Part shown: positions 55,341-64,000 of the stretch, in pieces | Numbering within the stretch: the first letter of the stretch is position 1 | Layout of the letters: each line of letters opens with the position of its first letter | From: Zancudomyces culisetae HAW-14-8 | Lineage: Eukaryota; Fungi; Kickxellomycota | Reading direction: 5' to 3' | Assembly (NCBI GenBank): GCA_052426225.1 | Contig: JBNJNM010000012.1 | Span: 1,054,001 to 1,118,000, forward strand | DNA: 64,000 nt | Translations under genes and position numbers: made by a program | The notes under the pieces: generated by a model | Databases searched by the model: none | What the model was told of the DNA's origin: nothing | Seen by the model: the letters and a program-made list of their open reading frames with translations, nothing else

Positions 55341-57388
55341 ATGGAAGAAAATTCAGAAAAATTCGATGAGTACGATGTCGAATATACACCATACGTACCG
55401 CTAAAGTATCGAAAAGTACAAGAAATTGAGAATTTACAAAGAAAGGTTAAAAAATCAAAATCGAACGATGATGAAAAAGAAAAAGATGAAAGCGGCAACG
55501 GGGTAGAATATAGTGGGTATGAAAGAGCAAAAAAGAGGGCGATGGGGGGGCAGAACACAGAGGATATTACAGAGAGAATGGCTTTTGTAGGACCTCAAGC
55601 ACAGATCAGCTTGGTTGACCACACTGCACAGTTAAAAAAGCGAAAACTTATAGTAGGTAAGAAAAGGGAGAGAAAATATTACAGATGCTTTCATATCCTG
55701 TATAAAAATGTAGAATCTAACCGAACCACTGGGTAATAATAGAAAAAACTGAACAAGAAAAACAGATGGAGGAGGAAATGGCGGTATTGGAGGCAATTGC
55801 CAAAAAGAAACATTTGGCTTCGGCACAGGAAATAGCGAAGGGAGTGGAGTATACGGAGCCCATGAAGACAGAGTAAGATTAAAATTCATAGTTGAGAAAC
55901 GACACTTGTACTGGCTTTTGTAGACGTGCGAAAAAACCTGTTGAAATTAATATAATGTATAACTTTAGGTGGCGGCCATTCAAGCGACATTTAAGGATAA
56001 GTGAAGATGAAAAGGAGCGAATGAGGGCAAAGTTAAAAATAATTGTGGAGGGAGAAAACGTCTCACCGCCACTAGTAAGTTTTGAGGCGATGAGATTACC
56101 CGAGGTAATGGTGGATTATCTAAAGAGCAAAGGAATAAAAACACCATCAAATATTCAAATGCAGGGAATTCCGGTCGCATTAAGCGGGCGAGATATGATA
56201 GGAGTGGCGTTTACAGGATCAGGAAAGACCTTGGCATTTTCAATACCAATGGTAATGCGGGCATACGAGGAAGAAATGAAGCTGAAGTTAGGAAAAAAAG
56301 AGGGACCTATAGGGTTGGTGCTCTCTCCATCAAGAGAACTAGCACAGCAAACGTATATGGGAATAGTTGAAATGACAGATACAATGGAAAAGGCAGGATA
56401 TCCCAGATTAAAGACGATTGTGTGTATAGGGGGTACTTCTATGGGTGATCAACTTAGGCATATGGAGTATGGACCGGTGCACATTATAGTGGCTACACCA
56501 GGACGATTACAAGACATGTTAAATAAGGGCAAGTTTCGGCTGGACATGTGTAAGTATCTGTGCTTAGACGAAGCAGATAGAATGATTGGATCGGGATTTG
56601 AAGAGGATGTAAGAAACATTTTGGCTTATTTTAAGCATCAACGACAGACTGTTCTATATTCGGCAACGATGCCGCCAAAGATAAAAGAGTTTGCACAAAC
56701 ATCGTTGGTAAAACCTGTGGTAGTGAATGTGGGTAGAGCAGGTGCAGCTAGTTTGGATATAGTACAAACAGTCGAGTATGTTAAACCTGAGGACCGAGTG
56801 TTATATTTGCTGGAGGTTTTGCAGAAGACGGCGCCTCCAGTATTGATTTTTGCAGAAAACAAATCCGATGTAGACAATATATATGAATATTTGCTACTCA
56901 AGGGTGTTTTGTGTGTTGCAGTTCATGGGTCGAAATCCCAAGAAGAGCGGAATTATGCTATCGAGCAGTTCAAATCGGGCAGAAGAGATGTTTTGGTTGC
57001 TACCGATGTTGCTTCCAAAGGGTTGGACTTTCCCAATATTCAACACGTAATCAACTTTGACATGCCAAAGGAAATTGAGGATTATGTTCATAGGATTGGT
57101 CGAACCGGTCGTTCTGGCAAAACCGGGTATGCATCAACCTTTGTTAACAGTTCAGTGTCTACCCAGGTTCTCCTTGACTTGAAATATCTATTGATTGAAG
57201 CCAACCAAGCTGTTCCCAAGTTTTTGCTTTCTATCCCAGATCCTCTTTCTTCAGCTACTGGTATGGAGCCGTGTGCATTTTGTGGTGGCTTGGGTCATAG
57301 AATCCTGGAGTGCCCGAAACTTGACACTGAACGAAGAGCTTTGCAAAGCACAATGAGAGAAAACAGGACTTTAGATCGTGAGTTTTGA
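55341..57388 (+). CDS. DDX41: DEAD-box RNA helicase DDX41/abstrakt; 3 exons
   Basis: N-term YTPYVPLKYRK, AFTGSGKT, SPSRELA, DEAD, SAT, HRIGRTGR, C-terminal zinc knuckle CAFCGGLGHRILECPK. Confidence 0.93.
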
Positions 57389-58188
57389 TTGGGTATCGTG
57401 TTTATTGGTTTTAGTCTTGTCGTTTTTGCCTTTTTGCCTTGTAATCTTCCTAAAATTTTTGGAGCTCTGATTTCAGATATTCGTGTTAATTACATAATTT
57501 GCTAGTTTTTTAGGGCTCGATGTAGATTTTTCATTGGTTGTGTTTGTGGCTCCCAACAAGCTGAATGCACAGTAATGGTTGATAATTCTTTATTTCCTCC
57601 TAAAATGCTAGAATTTGATTCGTGTTGGAGATTAATCACTTAGTAATTAGCTAGTTTCTTGAGTTGGTAATGTTCGCCACATGCCTTTGTTTCTTGCATT
57701 CCAGAGTGTGTTGAGAAAATCAAGTAAAACTAAATTAGTAGAACAGCAAATTAGCAAATTAATTAGCTGGCGAGTTGGCAAGCTGCAAAGTTGGTATTTT
57801 GGTATATTAGTATTTTTTTTCCAATAAGCCATATAATATTTTTGTGAGTAAAAAACAAAAACAATTTGTGCTTTGAGAACTACCATACATATTACTAACA
57901 GTTGTTTTTTTTTTACAGACAAGTAATAAAATTGTCAACCTTGTAAATTATTACTTGTGTGTTCAATCAAAGAATCAGGAATTTTGCATAACTTGCGGTA
58001 CATCAGTGGATTATAAAACTAAGGGAGAATAAGAATAAATTTGATTATACTAATAAACCATTAAATCCAACGCAAGTAACAGTACATTTTTACACGCTTT
58101 TAACACTCTTTGGATTAGCTGAGAGCGAAATTTTGCTGAGAAACCCTCCTCCCCTCCATATATCCAAAAAATAAATATACAAACAACA

Positions 58189-59597
58189 ATGGTGGTCAAT
58201 CAAGACGAAGCTATTAGGTGTCTATCTATAGCTAAAAACAAATTGGCTCAGGGTGATTACGAGGCAGCTCTGAAATTCACAAATAAGTCTTTAAAATTGC
58301 ATTATTCTAAGGAAGCTGAACTGTTTCTAGAGAGATTGGAATCTGATGGCGAATCACCAAGACAGAATTCGCGTAATGCGAATAGTGCAAACGCAAATGA
58401 TTCATATCCAACTAGCGATAACCTACGGAGAAGAAAAGAATCAAAAGACGAAGGGAATACTTCAAGCAAGGCTAACTATACCGCTGCGCAACTTCAATCA
58501 GTGAAGCAAATACTAAGCATTAAACACGATTATTATAAAGTTTTGAGTCTGGAGAAGGGTTGTGAAGAAGTTGAAATCAAGAAATCATATAGAAAGGTTA
58601 GAACTATTGACTAGGATGTATTGGCTGAATCTATTGCATGAACTTTTGGGGGAAATACTAAAAATGTATATAATATGTATAAATAGCTGGCGCTACAATT
58701 TCATCCTGATAAAAACAAGGCACCAGGGGCTGATGAAGCATTTAAAGGTAAGTAAACATGTCTGGTTAGTATCATTGGTCTAAAGAATGTGTTGACAGGT
58801 GTGAGAAATGATAGTAAGACTCCTAATGAAAATGAAAATGAAAATCTATAGTTGTGAGCGCGGCTTTCACAACGCTAAGCGATCCTGATAAGCGGGCACA
58901 CTACGATCGCTTTGGCTCAGCAGATGGGAATGCAGGTGCTAGTAGGGCAACAAATATGAATTTTAGGAGAGGGCCAGAAGGAGCCCAGTTCTTTGAAGGT
59001 GAAGTAACACCGGAGGAGCTTTTCAACATGTTTTTTGGGGGTGGGATGCATTCCGGAAACCCTTTCCACACAACCTCTACACATACATTTAGAATGCCAC
59101 GTAGGAGACAGGGGCAGGGCTATTATACTAGAAACGGGGCTGACGCTGGTGAAGATAAACAAAGTACGCTAATACAGATAATGCCGATTCTGATATTTCT
59201 TATAGCGATTCTACTGTCCAACGTTATTGGGACATTCCTAAGCGCAGATTCTGGAGCAAAATACTATCCAGACTTTAGCTTTACACCCTCCAAGAAGCTT
59301 AATACCAAACGCACGACCAATCGAAACAACATCAAGTACTATGTAAATTTTAACCAGTTTGCTAAAAACAAGAGGAGCAACTTGTCTAAGTTCGATCTGA
59401 AGTCTTTTGAAAAACACGTAGAAGGCAATTATATCAATATACTAAATACGGAGTGCCAAAACCAACGTATTAGAAAAAATAGTATGATCAACGATGCATA
59501 TGGATTTTTGGGGCTATTTGTTGACGAGGACAAGCTAAAAATGGCCAAAGAAATGTCTTTGCCAGCTTGTGACGAGCTTTCTAGACTTTATTACTAA
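58189..59597 (+). CDS. ER-membrane DnaJ protein, Hlj1/DNAJB12-14 type; exons 58189-58596, 58687-58747, 58852-59597
   Basis: NQDEAIRCL start, J domain DYYKVL..LALQFHPDKNKAPGADEAFK, PEELFNMFFGG, one TM segment, DUF1977-like C-terminus. Confidence 0.92.
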
Positions 59598-61606
59598 TTT
59601 TTCTTTTAACCACCTTAGCGTCATGTTGATACTTTATTCATATGAACTTATTTGACTCTTCTAGTCAAAAATATCTGAGTCTCACTTTTTTTTCTATAGA
59701 TTTGGACTCACATTGTAAGCAAGACAATAAAGTTTTGCTTGTATACGCATTGCTACCAAGTTCTACACGCTGTATGTGTGTATATTATTGATGTCGTAAA
59801 TGAGAACGCTTTTCCAAATGTTGGGCCATTATTTTGATAAAGTAGAGCGTAAATTGCAGAGCGGATGCATATTTTAGTCGATGCTGCATCTAGATGATGC
59901 TAACCAAGATATAATGAACCTAATAAACTATAAAGTTGAAATTTTAATTTGGATCAAATTTCCTAAAAACGCAATGGAAAAATGTATTAAGGGCAAAATC
60001 AGAAACTCGAAAGTGCGTCCTTTAACGAGCTAGCCTAAAAACCGCGAAGTCTTATTGTACTACCAATGATGGTATGATTATGGTTTTGTGTTTTCGGGGA
60101 AGTGCTGAGTTCGCGATTATATCAACAAAACCAAATTAAAGAAATAACACAGAAACATTCAAGCGAGGCAAGTAAGCTGTTTAATTTCTAACACGCTCCC
60201 ACGACCCCTCTCATCAAGGGTGGGTTAAAGTGAATCAGCAAAAGTTTAAATTATTAAAGGGCTACAAGTGCTTTAACAATAATTTCCAAAATGTCTTTGT
60301 AGTGAGTTGGGGCTGGTTAAGTAATTGTATTTCCCCAATCCACACCAATAACTGTAAAAAGGATGTTTTGCAAAACTCACGAGGGGTGATTTTTCAACTA
60401 TTTTTACTTGAAGTTTAGCAAATCAGCTGTTGTATCCATGAGTATTTCATAGCAATTGGTGCATTTATGTTAACTAGAAATAATGGGATTTTCTAGTTAA
60501 AATAATATTGAATGAGTTAGGGGTTTACAGGAAGAGGAAAGGGAGATGGGGAGGGGGGGGGTATGGAGAAGGGCGAGTGGTAAGGACAAAACAGTGAAAA
60601 CAAAAGAACAGTAATATGTAAATGTTAAAATAAAAGTGAAATAGGGGTATCGAATTGGTAATTAATTAATATTAATGAGGGTTCTACAGGCTCATCGCTA
60701 AAAAAAATTTTTTCTTTTTTTTTCTGCCACCAGTTTAAGCGAATAAAAACGCCTGAATATCAAAAAATTCCAAAACCCTGTAAAATATTGGTGCATACGA
60801 ACGAAATTTTTTTTAAAAAAGCGATAATAGCGAATTAAAACAGAAGTCTGAAATTGCAGGGGGGAGGGTAATAGAATAAAAAACAATACTGAAAGTTATT
60901 CAACGAAAGAAAAAATAAAATAAAAAATGCGCTCACCTATTGTTTCTATTGCTTAGGACCTTCTTAAAAAAAAATATTTTAGGTGGAGGGTAAGTAGGAA
61001 GAATACAAAAAATACATAGGGTAATGCCAGCTTGAAAGCTGAAGTTATGCGTAAACGGTATTTTTTTAGCAAAATAAAATTGGTTTTCTCAAAAAAAAAA
61101 AAAAACAGGAGAAAGAAGGGAAGGGTTAGCTCATTAAAATTACTAATTTGAATTTTTGCCCTCCCCCCCCCTTAAGCGGTAAAAAAAAAATCAAAATCAA
61201 AATAATTGACTACTACCTTGACCCATAAATGTAATGGCAAAAAAAAAAGTAAGGGAAAGAAAAAAACGAAGGGTGTAATTCAGTGATTTAAAGGTCGAAA
61301 AGTGGACATAAAAAAATTTTTTTTTAATTCATTTTCCAAATCCTATAAACTTTTCATCTCAATTGACTGCCTGTATTTTTATAAATAAAAAAACAAAAAA
61401 GCTAGAAAATTTTTTTCTAAATTGTGGTTTTTATTCATATTTTATAAACAAATACTAATACAACTTTTATCTACAACATATACTAATTTTTTTTATAAAC
61501 TAGTATATTTCAGAAGAAAAGGGAATAGTCGCTCTGATATTTGTTTTCTTTGTCTTTTAAACCACAGTAATATAATATACAAAAAAAAATCGAATAGACA
61601 GTAATC

Positions 61607-62500
61607 ATGAATTACAATTTTGAAAAGGTAAGCGTCTTTGTACTGAAATCAGATTGCGATTCTTCGAGTGGTAGATTCCACTTGCACTCTCGACTTGGCG
61701 TCCATCTCAAAAGATAAAGATACTCAACGACGACGTGCTATGGGTTGTGTACCTATGAGGTTAAGAAGCTTTGAACTCGGAAGTTTTTGAAACTCATAGA
61801 ATCTTTAGCAAGTCGAAATTTGAATTGAGGGACGGAGGATCGCAGAAAATTTTTTCTACATGTAATATTTATAGATATGACTATAACAAGGATTTTTAAT
61901 GTCAAATAGGTATATGTTATTGATGCCAAAGGTCATTTGGTCGGTCGTCTTGCATCAACAGTAGCCAAGATGCTTTTGAGCGGACAAAAGGTAGTACTTG
62001 TCAGATGCGAAGAAATGAACATCTCAGGTTCTTTCTTTAGAAACAAGATTAAGTTCAACGGATACCTACGTAAACGATGCATTGTCAACCCATCACGTGG
62101 ACCATTCCATTTCAGAGCACCATCAAAGATGTTCTACAGGGCAATTAGAGGAATGATCCCACACAAGACATCCCGCGGAGCTGCCGCATTGGACCGACTC
62201 AAGGTATTCGAGGGAATTCCACCACCATACGACAAGCAGAAGAGAATGGTTATCCCACAAGCCTTGAGAGTTTTGAGATTGAAACCAGGAAGAAAATTCA
62301 CAACTTTGGGAAGATTGTCTGTAGAATTTGGATGGAAATACAACAGTGTTGTCCAGAACCTGGAAGCCAAGAGGAAGGTCAAATCACGTGCATTCTACTT
62401 GCGTAAGAAGGCTTTGGCCAACCTTAACACCAAGGCAATCACTGCCTGCTCTGAGCAACTTGCTCCAATCAGAGCTGAGCTTTCTGCATTGGGTCACTAG
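61607..62500 (+). CDS. RPL16: 60S ribosomal protein uL13 (L16/L13a); exons 61607-61627 and 61910-62500
   Basis: [62 protein letters not shown]. Confidence 0.97.
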
Positions 62501-62645
62501 TTAGTTTAGCGCAAAAAAGATAGTTAATATTTTTTTATTTGCTTATTTTGCCAAATAAAAGTGTTTAGTTTTATATACTATAAAAGTCTGTACGCCTAGA
62601 GGTATATCTTGTCTCCTCTTATTTTGTTTTTGCTGCTTTGTGATT

Positions 62646-63696
62646 TTACTCTTGTTTTATCTCGATACCACTCATATTAGTGATCTCATGTCTCTCAAAT
62701 GTAGTATTCAGTGGTATCTCTGCACCTGTCTCTTGTAACCTCAACACGGGCCGCGTCTCTTGAACCGAGTTAACAGCCCCAACTCCAATTCCAATTCCAA
62801 TTCCACTACTTTTGCCTTTTCCAATTCTAAAAAGTTCGGTCCATTCGTCAAGTGCTCCTCCTATCATCGCCTTTTTTGATACAAATATGTACTCACTTCT
62901 ATCCCCCCATGTCACTTTTAGGTAGAGCCTGCTTTCCTCTGGTATCTTGGAATCTCCCTTGGCACGTTTTTTTACAAAAAATATATTTTCCTTGAGCCCA
63001 GGAGTACTCTTCTTTGTGAAACTTGCACTTTTCGCCCCTTGAGCCCTTATCAACTCGAGCCTTTTCTTCATTTCCTTACTAATTTCCTTTTTCTGTTGCA
63101 CTTTTGTGATGTCACTACTAGGTTCCCTTTCTCGTTTGATTTTTTCACTGTTCAGAAAGTTCATTTATTATTTTACTTTAACCATATAATTATTATATTT
63201 TAATGTGCCAGATAAACATAAAAAATCACTCTAGCAGTAAAGATGATTCTAACATGTGCTTTAGCAAATATTTCTCCCAATTCTACTTACAATATTGATC
63301 CAACACTACCCTCGTCCTCATTGTTTCGCTCACTCTAAATTATTTGTATCATTAATCATCGATAATATACCAGTTTCGAATGATCAACTCAATCTCTCAA
63401 GTTTTTTACTTTATCCATACATAAGCAGAATATCATTGATCCAAGCCCATATACCTCCTCCCCCCAAGATTATGAAAATGAGTGTGCTTGAATCATGGCT
63501 ATTAGTCAAGTTCGCTGTAATTGTTATATAAAAATTATGGCTACCTTGATCTTATCATTTGGTCCTCTAATAAGTTTATATTTATGGATTATTGAATGTA
63601 TGCTCTATTCGAAGCTAGTTAATGCTGAAATTTTCTATGCAAACTTACAATTCTATCCCCAGGCATTCGTGGTTCTCTGGTCGAATATGAGATGCG
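62646..63696 (-). CDS. Cuz1/ZFAND1-like AN1 zinc-finger plus ubiquitin-like protein, 5' partial
   Basis: VKKRAKGDSKIPEESRLYLKV..IFVSKKAMIGGALD matches the ZFAND1/Cuz1 C-terminal domain; exon 63696-63649 encodes ASHIRPENHEC (AN1 H-x5-H-x-C); start not resolved in the window. Confidence 0.75.
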
Positions 63697-64000
63697 CTAT
63701 TTATTTTGTCGTTATGTTTGCATCTATCAACTCTGTATACTTTCCGCTTTTTTGTACTTGTATTATACATATAGACTAAATGAAATCAATTAATCAAGGT
63801 AATAGTTTTTGAGCACTCGTCTCATGTAATACAGCTTATATTTATTCTTGTAAGTTCAAAACAAAAACTAAATACCCCAAGTTGCAGCGTTTTGTCTGCA
63901 AATTCAGCAAAAAGTTTATCAATCAAACAACCATTTGAATGATTTCAGGCGGCTGAATCGTAAACCACTTTAAGTCAATTTGCATGCATATATACATATA

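Overview
AT-rich, intron-rich eukaryotic DNA from an early-diverging fungus; gene style suggests Zoopagomycota/Harpellales insect-gut fungi (inference, not shown directly). Left arm (1-31 kb): amino-acid transporter, HIRIP3-like histone chaperone, Fus3/Kss1-type MAPK, importin-beta, Sec62, Alg9, Oca1-like phosphatase, SYLF/Ysc84 protein, Pex11, Dpl1, and a Pff1/M28 peptidase gene broken by two in-frame stops. Middle (31-50 kb) is accessory: an ~8 kb AT-rich island with an inverted-repeat array and a tRNA-Pro/tRNA-Cys dimer, a LINE relic, a Rad7 pseudogene, several secreted proteins (Ser/Thr-rich; a small Cys-rich pair; a Cys/His/Arg/Pro repeat protein), and a spliced minus-strand host gene missed by the ORF track. 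That host has four introns, each carrying one C/D snoRNA (snR77, snR76, snR74, snR73 homologues), behind a ~300 nt structured first exon. Right arm (50-64 kb): Slt2/Mpk1-type MAPK, DDX41/abstrakt, Hlj1/DNAJB12, RPL16/uL13 (strongly base-paired intron) and a partial Cuz1/ZFAND1. All exon models and RNA pairings were worked out by hand.
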